The notes: generated from the sequence alone by a model not told the origin. Counted from the stretch's first letter, positions 23,763 to 46,741 are shown. The stretch: 64,000 nucleotides of DNA from Octopus vulgaris (GCA_951406725.2 OX597828.1:72416001-72480000); one strand, 5' to 3'. Numbers and translations are program-made.

Positions 23763-23769
23763 CATACAT

Positions 23770-23989
23770 CTTATATCTTTTACCTTTCAGTCACCAAATT
23801 CACAATACTAATATTTTAAAAGTCTGGTGTTTATTCCAATCGGTCTGTTTTACCAAACTGGTAAGTTACGGGGCCGTCAGCAGACCACCATCGGTTATGA
23901 AGCGGCGGTTGTGGAGGACAATGACACACACATCCACACACACTCACATACACATATACTCACATACACGCACGCACACACGCATATAT

Positions 23990-24050
<61 letters not shown>

Positions 24051-24195
24051 TACGACGTGCTTCTTTCGGTTTCCGTCTAACAAATACACACACTATGCTT
24101 TTGTCGGCCCAGAGCTGAAGTACAAGACACTATCACAAGCTGCTGCACAATGGGGCTGAAACCAAGACCAAGGGGTCGGAGAATAAGCGTTTTTG
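23770..24195 (-). mobile_element. SINE family B, degraded
   Basis: Recognisable tail, middle and head segments around an expanded internal microsatellite. Confidence 0.7.
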
Positions 24196-24689
24196 TTAGT
24201 ATGTGACCAAGAGTATATATTATTGTCGTATATGTTTGTATACCGTCAGAAGTTATGCAATATGCTCTCTTATCTTCTATGGTAGATAACACGTTATTGC
24301 TTTTTGCGTACCTACAATCTGATAAATGAGATAATTGTGATAATATTAAGGAAAAAAAAAATCTTTGTCATATAATTAATGACTTTCCATTCTTTCGAAT
24401 TGAAAAAGAAATAATCAATTATGTCTATTTTGAAATCTGACATACATACATACATACATACACCCACACATGCATACATCCATGCATGCATGCATACGGT
24501 AGCTGCCCCCTCGTTATCGAGTATGGCCATTGCACGAAGCTTAATCAATGTTGTTATCGTGCAATGCCTGTGCAAGAAGATTTTTTTAAAGTGAGGAAAG
24601 GCTGTGCACTGAGTCAATCCCACTCACTAAGCAACAGCAGCCATAATCCGAAAAGAAGAACAAGTCAACATCATCGGTAACCACTAAGC

Positions 24690-25050
24690 CGCAGGTTTTA
24701 TGTCGGAGTTATCCCAGTTACCTGAGTTACCTTCTCCTAGAAGGATGCCCTAACAAAGGCTAGGAGTCCTTCACTTCCAATGGCTTAACCGCGCGATCGG
24801 GTATTCAGTCCGATTATTTCTATGTCCCCGCGCATGATACAGCCTTAAGACATTTAATGGATGGCCGTTGACTCTCAAGAGTTCCTCCGCCCTTTGACTG
24901 GTTTTGTTTTTCATCCCGCAGGGTGTGCAATAAACACCCTCCTCATCAAGCAAGCTTGGTGGGGTTGCCGGTTTAGTCGCCGATGACCCGACCATGCAAC
25001 AGGTTGTACTGGGTTACATGTTACCAGTAGCACTCAAAAGTGACCTGACA
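24690..25050 (-). mobile_element. possible RTE-clade LINE 5' region
   Basis: GC-richer segment with ttaccttctcctagaaggatgccctaacaaaggct, resembling RTE 5'UTR sequence as I recall it; no ORF support. Confidence 0.35.
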
Positions 25051-25210
25051 CATACATACATACATACATACATACATACATACATACATACATACATACA
25101 TACATACATACATGCATACATACATACATACATACATACACACATACATACATGTATACATACATGCATGCATAGATACATACATAGATAATACATGCAT
25201 ACATATATAC

Positions 25211-25912
25211 ATCTTTAGCCTGGAGTGCCAGTGTTTCTCCTTTCCCTGTCCAATGTCTTCGGCGCTCGACATTTTATTATGCGAACCCACTTCTTGTCAT
25301 CAGTCACTTTTCGCGCTAAAAAAAGGTTTATTCGTGAGATGTGAGAACAAAGAAGAGTACACAGTCAGTCTCTGCGCGCGATTAGACTCGGATAGTTTGT
25401 GAGGAACCCATTGACCCAATTTGCTGACTTTTCCGATGTCACGCATGTATCGATGAATGGTTGAACGACCAAATCCAATCTTCTCTGCTAGTTGCTGAAC
25501 AGTTGTGATGGGATTTTTTTCCACCAGGGTTTGCAGGACGTCCTCGTCGAGCTCTACAGATCATCCAGTACGAGACTCGTCTTCCAGGCTGTAGTTTCCG
25601 GCTCAGAATTTCTAGAACAACCATTGACACTGGCTTACGCTTATTGTCCGATCCCCATAAACTGCATTAATATTCCCCACACTTTCCATTACGTTGTTAC
25701 CTTTATTAAACTCATAAAGTGAAATACGCCGAATATGCTTCTTTGTCACTTCCATTACAGCTTTGAAAAAATAACTGTTAAAATCGAACTGCACTTTTGC
25801 ACTAAGAACAAAGGTAAGGTGTAATTACTACCTGCTTTTATAGCAAGTTGATGCTGGTAGTTTATTCCGTCCCCCTCTGACTTTTAACCGCATTATTTAT
25901 GGGATGATCCAG
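25211..25912 (-). pseudogene. mariner transposon 5' half: one TIR and disrupted transposase
   Basis: TA (25913-25914) + CTGGATCATCCCATAAATAATGCGG terminus; ATG at 25755, HTH region, WVPHKL motif, VTDDKKW (first catalytic D region); stops at 25612 and 25561 and frameshifts. Confidence 0.92.
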
Positions 25913-25939
25913 TATCTATATATATACATGAGACATGTA

Positions 25940-26130
25940 TATTAATAATAAGAAAATGAAAAAAAAAAAAAACGCAAGAAATAAACCGCAACGCAAGGAC
26001 GTGGTACATGCAAAGTATTAAAAGAAGCTCAGTGAAGGAAAGAAAGGGTGTTTTACGTTTTGAGCCAAGCTCTTCTTCAGAAACAGGAGAGGAAGGAAAG
26101 TCCAAGAGAAAAGGAGGACGGAGGAAATAA
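25940..26130 (-). mobile_element. family P element with minimal hammerhead motif at 26050-26084 (duplicate 35961-35995)
   Basis: Minus strand GTTT-CTGAAGA-AGAGCTTGGCTC-AAAAC-GTA-AAAC. Confidence 0.7.
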
Positions 26131-26307
26131 ATCTATGTATATACATATCTACATGCATATACAATATGCATATATATATATATATATATATATACTTTGT
26201 ATATAGATATATGTATGTATACACACATACGTATATATATATATACTCTCCTACTTCTATACATATTATATGTTACATATATATAATTATATATTATATA
26301 TGCATAA

Positions 26308-26375
<68 letters not shown>

Positions 26376-26409
26376 GTATACCTATCTATCTCTCATATGT
26401 AATTAATAT

Positions 26410-26750
26410 AGTAGCAGGCTATGGCCAGTGAGGGAGTTACCGCTGGTTTTTGATCTATAAAGTTCTTAGCAGTGAATGTGATATCTCAGACTTGTTTATC
26501 GGAAGCTCAAAACCTATCTACAATAGGAGGTAGGAATGCACTCTTGGTGAGTCAGGGTTGTGAACAAACCCCGAAATTGATGCTCAGTAGAATTTCATTT
26601 TGTAGTTTTTCCCCACAATTCTGACTGACTAAGACTGTATTCCTATCTCCAGTTGTTAAGAGGTTAAGTGCCTCCGTTGAACGAGTCTATACCACTAAGA
26701 AATTATGGGTGCGAAACCAATGGTTACTCTCTGACAGGTCACAACTAGCT
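26410..26750 (+). mobile_element. non-coding PLE 3' segment between TA-rich tracts
   Basis: aggttaagtgcctc..GAAACCAATGGTTACTCTCTGAC matches the reverse complement of 22485-22615 downstream of the GIY-YIG remnant. Confidence 0.65.
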
Positions 26751-26803
26751 ATAATATAACTATATCTATTATATATGTATATATGTATATATGTATATAT
26801 GTT

Positions 26804-26871
<68 letters not shown>

Positions 26872-26872
<1 letters not shown>

Positions 26873-27014
26873 TTCCTTCTCCTATGTTTCCGAGGAAGAG
26901 CTCCGCTCGAAACGTTAAACCCTCCTTCTTCCTTCTTTCCTGAGCGTCCAATAATACTATATTTGTTCCACGTTCCACGTTGTTGTGTTTTTTTGTTTTC
27001 TTGTTTGGATTAAC
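26872..27014 (+). mobile_element. family P element (5'-truncated) with minimal hammerhead motif at 26886-26920
   Basis: GTTT-CCGAGGA-AGAGCTCCGCTC-GAAAC-GTT-AAAC; ends TTGGATTAAC + (TA)n. Confidence 0.75.
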
Positions 27015-27044
27015 TATATATATATATACATACATATATATATA

Positions 27045-27142
27045 GGTTTTGTAATATATATGTATATGTTTGTATGTATGTGTGTGTACATATATATATA
27101 TATATTTATTTATTTATATTTGCTACATATACTTATATATGT

Positions 27143-27219
<77 letters not shown>

Positions 27220-27322
27220 CCACATATATAAGTATATGTAGCCAAATATAAATAAATAAATATATATATATATATATGTACACACACATACATACAAACA
27301 TATACATATATATTACAAAACC
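27045..27322. repeat. ~280 bp palindrome centred on (TA)n
   Basis: GGTTTTGTAATATA..TATGTGG is the reverse complement of CCACATA..TATATTACAAAACC; left arm absent from copy 2. Confidence 0.9.
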
Positions 27323-28230
27323 TTGGTAGGTAACACAGAATTTCACACAAGGGGCTGGGCTGTTCCCGACAATAGGTTACGAGCAACTCACCCCGGGACG
27401 AGTCTCAGGGTGATTATTCGACCTCCGTTGTAATGTTTTGATACAGTAACATAACTATCTACTGCACTTGTCAGTTTTAGTCACTCGCGAACTCATCAAT
27501 TCAATTCTCAAACAAACTGAGTGCAGTTTTTTCAGCAATGATTGTCCAGTCTTTAGCTACATTTCGCAATCAAATAACTGGAATTTCGCTCATTCAAAAA
27601 TGAAAAAAATTAGTTGAAATTATATGAGGTAAAAATGGCGGAGTAAGGCGGAAAATTGACTTTGAATTAAAATATCTCAGCTCTTGTTGAAGAAAACCAT
27701 ACAACAGTTATGTTCAAACGAATGAGTCCTCTGAGATAAATGCTATAGTGAAAACCTTGTCAAAAAATATTAGCCACAATAAAGTGGTGTGGCTGTAACT
27801 GACGAGTAAAGAATGTGATCATTTTAAGAAAGTAAAATATTTTTGTCGTTTTAAAATATTTAGCATTATAAAAACATCATATGACATTATGGGTCACTTG
27901 TGTGTCTGTGGTGGCTTGCCAAGTATTTTGTTTTTTCGTTTTCTGAGGGTATTTAGTCGATCTTCTAAGCTATTTTTACAGCTACTCTGCGTTCGAAATT
28001 GAGTTCAGATAAAAGAATCGTATGAGAAGAATCTTATGGTAAAAACCTTGTCCAAAACTATCTGCTAGCTACGAAAACTGCTGTGTGGTTTCAAGAGACG
28101 AAGAAGGAAAAAAAGTGTAATTTTTAGAAATCAAACTATTTAAGAGAAAGATGATATTATTTAAAATCAAGACAAATAATTCAACAAGACGAATATTTTG
28201 GAGAAAACACCGCCTGAAAAAGGTTGAGCA

Positions 28231-28436
28231 TTCTTTTATTCTTTTACTTGTTTCAGTCATTTGACTACGGCCATGCTGGAGCACCGCCTTTTAGTCGAAC
28301 ATATCGATCCCAGGACTTATTCTTTGTAAACCTAGTGCTTATTCTATCGGTCCATCTTGCCGAATCCCTAAGTTACGGGGACGTAAACACACCAATATCA
28401 GTTGTCAAGCGATGCTGTGGGGACAAACATAGACAA

Positions 28437-28525
<89 letters not shown>

Positions 28526-28693
28526 CGACGGACTTCTTTCAGATTCTGTCTACCAAATCCATTCCCAAAGCTTTTGTCGGCCCGAGGTTATAATAGAAGA
28601 CACTTGCCCAAGATGCCACGCAGTGGGACTGAACCCGGAACCACGTGCTTGATAAGCAAGCTACTTAGCACACAGTCAGTCACTCCTGCGCCT
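28231..28693 (-). mobile_element. SINE family B, full length (duplicate ~38014-38478)
   Basis: Head to tail match with (CA)n expansion in the middle. Confidence 0.9.
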
Positions 28694-29051
28694 AAAAATA
28701 GTTATGATTTCTTGCGATTTCATATTCATTTTTATTATTTTGTTTCTATATTAAATTATGTACTTACTAAAAACATATCAAAATAAAAAAATTCACTCAT
28801 GAAAAAAAGCTAATTATTAATTATTTGATTAGAATATAACATTATTTTATCGTAATATATTTACTTGTAACAGATAGTATGCTGTTAATCCTTTTTTATT
28901 TTTATGTGCAAACAAAATTTTTAAATTTGAACAAAATCTGTATTTAAAATCTGTATCTAAAAATATGTAAAATAGTATCATTTTTTAAAAATTAGAAAGG
29001 TAAATATAATTAGCCACAAGCATAGAAGCGTTGCCTAGGAAAGGAAAGTGG

Positions 29052-30011
29052 ACTACAATGAAAAATATGGACGCAGGATCCTCGAATATTCTTAAGTATT
29101 GAACCTGGGAAAGTACACAAACCGTAATTTAAGCTTGGAAAAGTACAGGACAAAAGAAAAAATTTAAACCTCACAGCTGAAGTTAGGATTTAGTAAATAA
29201 ATTTCTGAAATTGTTCATGAAATAGAGTGTGCTGTGTCTTGTTTTTTATGACTTTTTTGCTTTTTATTATAATTTAAAAAATTTAAGTTAATATTTTTGA
29301 GTTAAAAATTTCTTTGTATTAAGATGAAAGATTTTCTTTCCTATTTTTAATATTATATTACCTTTTTAATTTTCTTTTCTTAACTAAACACATTATTCAA
29401 AAAATTTAAATCACAGATATTGTGTTTCAAAATTAAACTCATGTAGAATATATGTAATTAAAACGAATAACATATAGTATTAAAAAGTTTTTTAAACAGG
29501 TAAAAAAGAATTAATTTCTTTAAAGATTGCATCATCAGATAACAAAATATTTCCTATTTACAGTTAGAAAAATATTATGAAGAATGAAATCCCATGAACA
29601 AATTTATTGCAAAATGTAGAAATGACTCCAGTTTTTTAAAAAATCTTTTTTTATACTTCGGGGTTATAATTGTCAGTTTTGCATAAATTGCTATTTAGTG
29701 ATTTTTGAAAATATACAAATTTGTAATATGAAATATTTAATGTGTAAACTTGCAGACAATTAGTTTTTTTTCACTAAAATAGAAAATAAATAGCTTCTTA
29801 AATAGCTTCATTTAAGCTTTTAAGTAAAAAAAATATATAAAAGGGAATTCATTACTATTTTAGTTTTAAATTCTAACTTCAGCAGTAATATTTTAATTTT
29901 TCTTTTCTTGTCCAATACTTTTCGAAGCTTAATTAGTGCTTGTTCTGTAAACTTCCAGGAGCAATACTTAAGAATATTCTAGGAATCTGCGCCCGCACTT
30001 TTCATTGTAGT
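29052..30011. mobile_element. MITE-like element with ~145 bp imperfect terminal inverted repeats (duplicate 38837-39799)
   Basis: ACTACAATGAAAA..GAATATTCTTAAGTATTG..GCTGAAGTTAG (29052-29195) pairs with 29865-30011; very AT-rich interior; no TSD seen. Confidence 0.75.
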
Positions 30012-30367
30012 TAATTAATGTTTGATCTACGTAAAATATAGCTGTCTTAGATTTTATAACTCTGGTACGACTATGTACGTACACACACTCATAAAATTAT
30101 ATGTGTACATATGTGTGTGTGTGTGTGTCTGTACGTGTGTATATGTGTGTGTATATGTATTTATAGACTTATACATCCTATTTAGATAAGCAATACTTAC
30201 GCCCTTTTCTTAGCGAAGGCGTTGTAAACGGTGATCTACCAACATAAGAATTTACCTTTATATACATACATATATACATACATACATACATACATACATA
30301 CATACATACATACATACATACATACATACATGCATATATATCATATATATGCATGTATATATATATA

Positions 30368-30544
30368 GGGAATTTTTTTCCTCTGTCTTCCCTTCTCGGG
30401 ATCTTTCCTTCTCCTATGTTTCCGACGAAGAGCTCCGCTCGAAACGTCAAACCCTCCTTCTTCCCTTCTTTCCTGAGCGTCCAATAATACTTTATTTGTT
30501 CCACATCCTTGCGTTGTTGTCTTTTTGTTTTCTTGTTTGGATTA

Positions 30545-30546
<2 letters not shown>
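30368..30546 (+). mobile_element. family P element with minimal hammerhead motif at 30418-30452 (duplicate 40200-40234)
   Basis: GTTT-CCGACGA-AGAGCTCCGCTC-GAAAC-GTC-AAAC; (TA)n on both sides. Confidence 0.78.
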
Positions 30547-30591
<45 letters not shown>

Positions 30592-30874
30592 TATTGTGTG
30601 TCTCCACTGCCCTGTCTTTGTTCCCAACTTTGACCCCTCCATAAATCCCAAATTTTATTTTGGTATTTGTGGGAGCAACTGCTTTCGAAGACTCATATTG
30701 TCGTTCAGTGTTCGAAATGAGGAGTAGATCGGCAGCCGACAACCGATGAAGAGTCGTTCTTTATGTTTCTTGTCCTGTTTTCCGTTTGTTTCTCTCGTCG
30801 TTTGTTTATTCAACTCGTTTGTTTCCGTATTTCATCTTGTTTACTGTTTGTGAAGTCCTGTACCCATATATACA

Positions 30875-30910
30875 TGCATACATACATACATACATACAAA
30901 CATACATACA

Positions 30911-30942
<32 letters not shown>

Positions 30943-31192
30943 CATACGTACATACATACATACATACATACATACATACATACATACATACGTACATACA
31001 TACATACATACATACATACACACATACATACATACGTACATACATACATACATACATACATACATACATACATACATACATACATACATACATACATACA
31101 TACATACATACATACATACATACATACATACATACATACATACATACATACATACACATACATACATACATATACATACATACATACATACA

Positions 31193-31226
<34 letters not shown>

Positions 31227-31240
31227 CATACATACATATA
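30875..31240. repeat. (CATA)n microsatellite
   Basis: ~365 bp; much shorter and partly (TA)n in copy 2 (~40670-40845). Confidence 0.97.
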
Positions 31241-31298
31241 CATATATGTATAAATTATATATTATTATTTGACTGAACGCTTTGCATCCATTTCCAAA

Positions 31299-31332
<34 letters not shown>

Positions 31333-31363
31333 AGTATATATGTATATATATATATATATATAT

Positions 31364-31424
<61 letters not shown>

Positions 31425-31439
31425 ATAGGCGTATATAAT

Positions 31440-31512
<73 letters not shown>

Positions 31513-31732
31513 TATTAGAAAGGTGTGGCAAGAAAATTTTATTGATCTTAGAATTCTTCACAAGTTGTTACTCCGAGATTCTCATAACTGATCCTCAGAT
31601 GACCGGTTGCATACTTTGTGAAGTTTGTTTCAGTTTCAATAACGCCTTACATTTAACTCTACCTTTAGTGCTCGGGCATCATTTACCCCGCTCACCCATT
31701 CTCATCCTCACAACAAAGCATCGCTTTTGTCT

Positions 31733-32093
31733 TTTTTCTTGTTTCAGTCATTGGACTCCGGCGGCCATTATGGGGCATCACTTTGAAGAAGGAATCTTCC
31801 CCCATAGCATTTTTGAAGCCTGGTGCTTACTATATCGGTCCCTTTTGCCGAAAGTCTGATTTACAGTGATGTAAACATACCAACACCGGTTGACCAGACG
31901 TGGTCGGGGAAAAACACAGATTCAAAAACACACGTACATATATATATGTATATATATATATATATAATATATATATATATATATAAATATACACGCACGC
32001 GCACACACGTGCACATATACATACATACATACATACATACATACATACATACATACATACATACGCACACACACAGACATAGACACAGACACA

Positions 32094-32147
<54 letters not shown>

Positions 32148-32305
32148 TATATATACACCCATATATACGTCCGCCAAATCTACACACAAGGTTTTAGCTG
32201 CCCGAAGCTATAACAGAAAGCACTTGCACAAGGTGCCATGAGGTGGAACTGAACCCTGAACTATTGGGTTGAGAAGGAAACTTCTTATCACACAACCACG
32301 TTTGC
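31733..32305 (-). mobile_element. SINE family B with greatly expanded internal microsatellite
   Basis: Tail 31733-31920, compound repeat ~31930-32165, head 32165-32305. Confidence 0.8.
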
Positions 32306-32315
32306 ATCTACACAC

Positions 32316-32372
<57 letters not shown>

Positions 32373-32461
32373 ACGCACACACACACAGACACACACACAC
32401 ACATGTATGTATGTATGTCATTATTCAGTTTTATCTCAAGATTTCTTGCCAGTAGAGAAAG

Positions 32462-32788
32462 GTAGGAGCACTCCGTCGGTTACGACGACGAGGGTCCCAG
32501 CTGATACGATCAACGGAACAGCTTACTCGTGAAATTAACGTGCAAGTGACTAAGCAATCCACAGACACGTGTACCCTTAACGTAGTTCTCAGGGAGATTC
32601 AGCCTGACACAGAGTATGACAAGGCCGGCCCTTTGAAATACAGGTACAACTCATTTTTGCCAGCTGAGTGGACTGGAACAACGTGAAATAAAGTGTCTTG
32701 CTCAAGGACACAACGCATCGCCGGGAATCGAACTCACGACTTTACAATCGTCAGTCGAATGCCCTAACCACTAAGCCACGCGTCTTCA
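32462..32788 (-). mobile_element. SINE family C, full length, 13 bp TSD (duplicate 41933-42259)
   Basis: TSD CCAGTAGAGAAAG at 32449-32461 and 32789-32801; A box TGGCTTAGTGG, B box GAGTTCGATTCC. Confidence 0.93.
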
Positions 32789-33262
32789 CCAGTAGAGAAA
32801 GAGCCGGTTTCTAACCTAGATCCAGGGTTCCTCCATTGGAATTTCAACATCAACAACAGGGTATCTTTGTATGTATGTATGTATGTATGTATGTATGTAT
32901 GTATGTATGTATGTATGTATGTATGTATGTATGTATTTATTTGTTTATGCACCACACAAGCCTGTATGAGCAAACAATGGTGGATTTCTTAGTATTTTTA
33001 TTCGTTCATTTGCACGCCATTTTGAGCTTGGACGAAACAGTAGATCTACCATTTGTAAATAAACGTACACCAAAAAGAATTATACCGTAGGGAGAAAAAT
33101 GAAATCAATGTTCGTAATTTATTGTTTTTTATTCACAAATTTATCGGGGGATGAAAACCAGACTTTTGTCTGCTAATATACAAATTGGGTATGTATATAT
33201 GGAATTTTAGAGGTATCTAGAAGTTATTTAAAGGCATTTAGGCATATATATATATACATATA

Positions 33263-33304
<42 letters not shown>

Positions 33305-33539
33305 GAGGTATATAGGGGTCTTCATATGTGTCTATTTTACAATAGATATTCAGATTTAATTTGAGGAAGAATTAAACTGATATTTCTTGCAGGTCGAATG
33401 GTCATGTATAAATTCTCTTGTCTCTGGAACATACACGGGTGTGTTTGTGTATATATACGTACATGTTTATATACATACATATATTTGCATATACATTTAT
33501 ATATATATATCTGTATATATATATGCATGTTTGCGTATG

Positions 33540-33608
<69 letters not shown>

Positions 33609-33733
33609 TTATATATATATATATATATATATATAAATTTGTATACACACACATACTCAAGCACCCATATATATATATGTATATATATATACATATATAT
33701 ATGTATATATATATATATATGTATATATATATG

Positions 33734-33814
<81 letters not shown>

Positions 33815-33935
33815 AGATATATATACTTACATATACGTTTTGTGTGTGTCTGCATATTTGAATGTGTGTGAATGTCAAACCAATTTATTAATAGAATTGG
33901 AAAAGCAGACACGGACAACCAACTACGCACGCGCG

Positions 33936-34007
<72 letters not shown>

Positions 34008-34138
34008 CCACGTGTAACGTGTTTTGGCGATTCTACTAATTATCCTTGGTCCGTCTTGGCTTGCTGTGTTTGCATCGACCTAAACCAATTGTTAGTACAA
34101 AGAAACAAATGAAAATACATTCAGGATATATGGTAAAA

Positions 34139-34173
<35 letters not shown>

Positions 34174-34574
34174 GGAAAGCAAAGTAGCTAACTAAACTAA
34201 TAAATTGAATCTATATAAAATATCTGTTTTGGACTGTGTTATAATTCCATTTGTGGAGCGCTAATGTATAATATGTATATGCACATATATAAATATACAT
34301 ACATTCATATAGATAAATATACATACATACATATACATATATGTATATAAATATGTATATAAATATGTATATATATATATGTATATATATATATGTATGT
34401 ATATATATGTATAATTGTGTATATGTGTAAGTGTGTGTGTGTGTGTCATTTGGTTACCTTCCACTGAACTGGCATTGAGCCTAAAAGACAAATAATTCAC
34501 ACATAAACACACACACATATTTATATCTGTATGTATGTATATACCCATATTTATGTAAGTATATATATGTATAT

Positions 34575-34648
<74 letters not shown>

Positions 34649-35369
34649 ACGTGTGCGTGTGTATATATGCATATGTATATGTAGTTTCATCTATCTATCT
34701 GTTTGTCTGTCTGTCTACTGTCTGCATATCTATCTATCAATCTATCTCTCTCTCTCTCTCCCCCTCTCTCACTCACTCACTCCCCCCCTCTCTCTCTCTC
34801 TATATATATATATATATGTACACATATGTAGAGAATGAAAGAGAGGGAGTGTGTGTGTGTGTGTGTGAGAGAGAGAGCAAGAGATGGGGAGAGAGAATTT
34901 CTTTTTGGAATCGACCTTAATATTAGTTAAAAACCAAATATACCGGAAGTGACTTATTTCTTAATAGATTTACAAGTAAAGTGAAACTATTTTATTCCAG
35001 CCGTGTGCATTGAGAATAAAACAAATATTATGCATTGTTTCTTCCGCCTACCTCTCGTTATTATATGTATTTTTGTATTTTTTAAATTTTCTTTGATATG
35101 GAAAGGAGAAAAAAACAGGGTTTTTTCACCGATCTTAACGTTTCTATTGGCTTAGTTACCGTTTATATTCCATTCGTGCCGAAATTTTTTTACTGAATGA
35201 AATTGCCCGAAAATTCACAGATATTATTATTTTGACCTAAATAACAACTGAAATCCGTTTGATACAGACTGCATACGCGTTAAGAACATGTTTCATTCTT
35301 TGATACAGACCATACACAAATCACAATTTACATCAATCATTTGTTTTATACCCGTATGACCGCCTTTTC

Positions 35370-35469
35370 NNNNNNNNNNNNNNNNNNNNNNNNNNNNNNN
35401 NNNNNNNNNNNNNNNNNNNNNNNNNNNNNNNNNNNNNNNNNNNNNNNNNNNNNNNNNNNNNNNNNNNNN
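35370..35469. other. assembly gap (100 N)
   Basis: Exactly 100 N, the usual unknown-size scaffold gap placeholder. Confidence 0.99.
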
Positions 35470-44806
<9,337 letters not shown>

Positions 44807-44812
<6 letters not shown>

Positions 44813-45165
44813 AAACTCCACCTGTCTAACACCGGTGGACATGTTTACAAAGTCAGAAAACAGCACAGCTCCCATGACTTTCGGAAGCATTTTTTCACGC
44901 TAAGAGTTGCTGAAGCATGGAACAAACTGTCGGCATCAGTTGTTAGTTGTCGGAGCACTGCGTCCTTCAAAACTTCCATGCTTCCTGAGATTCGCCAACA
45001 CTACACCTGATTTTCTTCCCTCCATACACACGCAAGCATGTATCTGACTCATACACTGTTCGCTTTCCAGATATTTGTACATCACTGCATATACTTTATA
45101 CACACTTTTGACAAGTTGTGGTGCACCTGAGCACTGTATACAATAATTTCATTATTATTATTATT
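44807..45165 (+). mobile_element. CR1-clade LINE 3' end
   Basis: LFKLHLSNTGGHVYKVRKQHSSHDFRKHFFTLRVAEAWNKLSASVVSCRSTASFK..TGA(45008-45010) matches the CR1 TRGH..RxxFFxxRVxxxWNxL..FK terminus; 3'UTR then (ATT)n. Confidence 0.88.
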
Positions 45166-45687
45166 TATAAACTAAGGGTCAGTTTAAACGGTCGATCGGC
45201 TTGAATGTGCTATACTCGATATGGAGTCGTTGATGAGAATTTGAACCTATAGGTTAGAAACTGCATTGCTGATTCAAAGCTTCGTACTCCTCTGCCGTTA
45301 TCGGTGAAAGGTTTTAATGTAGATACAACACCAACTTTCTGCACCCGGATGGCGCAGAACCTCTTATGATTCGCGCTAATTTACATAATTTACAAACAAG
45401 AACTTCAGGTTCCTGCAGCAGCTGAACTAGTTTACTGGTACCTTGCACAAACTAGTAGTACCTTGCACAGTACACTATTAATGAACTTGTATTATTTATA
45501 CTAATGTGAGGATGCCTGTATTTCATTTAATTATTTAAGTAAATTTAATATTTGTTTAATTCGAATATGTTGAACAAGGTGACTCCTCCTGGTTTGGAAG
45601 AATTCGTGGTCCAGAAGGGCTTTAGTACTAAATGTTCCCGAAGATCATTGTTGTACTAGTATATCTACAGCTACGAGACCAATATAT

Positions 45688-46079
45688 TCTTTTCTACTCT
45701 AGGCACAAGGCCCGAAATTTTTGAGGAGGGGGCCAGTCGATTAGATCGACCCTAGTGCGTAAATGTTACTTAATTTGTCGACCCCGAAAGGGTGAAAGGC
45801 AAAGTCGATCACGGCGGAATTTGAACTTAGAACGTAGCAGCAGACGAAATACCTATTTCTTTACTACCCACAATGGGCTAAACACAGGGAGGACAAACAA
45901 GGACAGACAAATGGATTAAGTCGATTATATCGACCCCAGTGCGTAACTGGTACTTATTTAATCTACCCTGAAGGATGAACGGCAAAGTCGACCTCGGCGG
46001 AATTTGAACTCATAGCGGCAGACGAAATACCGCAAAGTATTTCGCCCAGCGTGCTAATGATTCTGCCAGCTCGCTGCCT
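45688..46079 (-). mobile_element. SINE family A, dimeric form, 16 bp TSD
   Basis: TSD TACGAGACCAATATAT at 45672-45687 and 46080-46095. Confidence 0.93.
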
Positions 46080-46111
46080 TACGAGACCAATATATCGTAG
46101 CAGTCATCAAA

Positions 46112-46335
46112 GGGTGGCGTGGCTTAGTGGTTAAGGTGTTGGACTCCTGATCGTGAGACTATGGTTTCGATTCCTGGACAGGGCGATGCGTTGTGCTCTC
46201 TTGAGCAAAACACCTCACTTCGCGTTGCTCCAGTCCACTTAGCTGGCAAAAATGAGTAACCCTGCGACGAACCGGCGTTCCATCCAGGTGCACCACGGAA
46301 ACCGGAAAACCGGGAAACCGACCCTTATGAGTCCT
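46112..46335 (+). mobile_element. SINE family D
   Basis: Homologous along its length to 20278-20500. Confidence 0.85.
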
Positions 46336-46741
46336 TAGGTGTTATTTACAGTATATAAACGTAAAATACCCGGAGTTTATATTTCCGACCTCCCACCTTA
46401 AGCACAGGCTTCGTTTTCTTTTACGTATACAGTTCAAAAACTAACAGCATTGTCCTCTAAAATTTCGTTTCCAGATTCTAGGCTCTACCTTAAGTAGTGT
46501 TGATGGAGACAGTGGTTTCATTTTATTAGACGTATAACTGCAATTAGTAATTCTCGACTTATATTAATCAACATCGTTATCTGGAGGAAGTTGTAAGTAT
46601 GCGTGATGACAATGGCCGCACATGAAAGGGGACATCCCTATTTGTGAGTCTATAGAAGACAAAATAAATACGATGGTCTCTCCTTTAAATTTCCTCATTC
46701 ACAATGTCATTATCCTTCCCCAAATACACACACACGCACAC

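Larger units (their letters stand above)
25555..35369 (+). repeat. large tandem duplication, copy 1
   Basis: Collinear with 35470-44812 from tacagatcatccagtacg to gaccgccttttc; differs by scattered SNPs and microsatellite lengths. Confidence 0.97.

Noticed and set aside
29505-29540. Minus-strand CTGATGA..GAAA match (similar at ~16470-16505 and ~55990-56012)
   Set aside because: Stems I and II do not form; chance matches in AT-rich DNA
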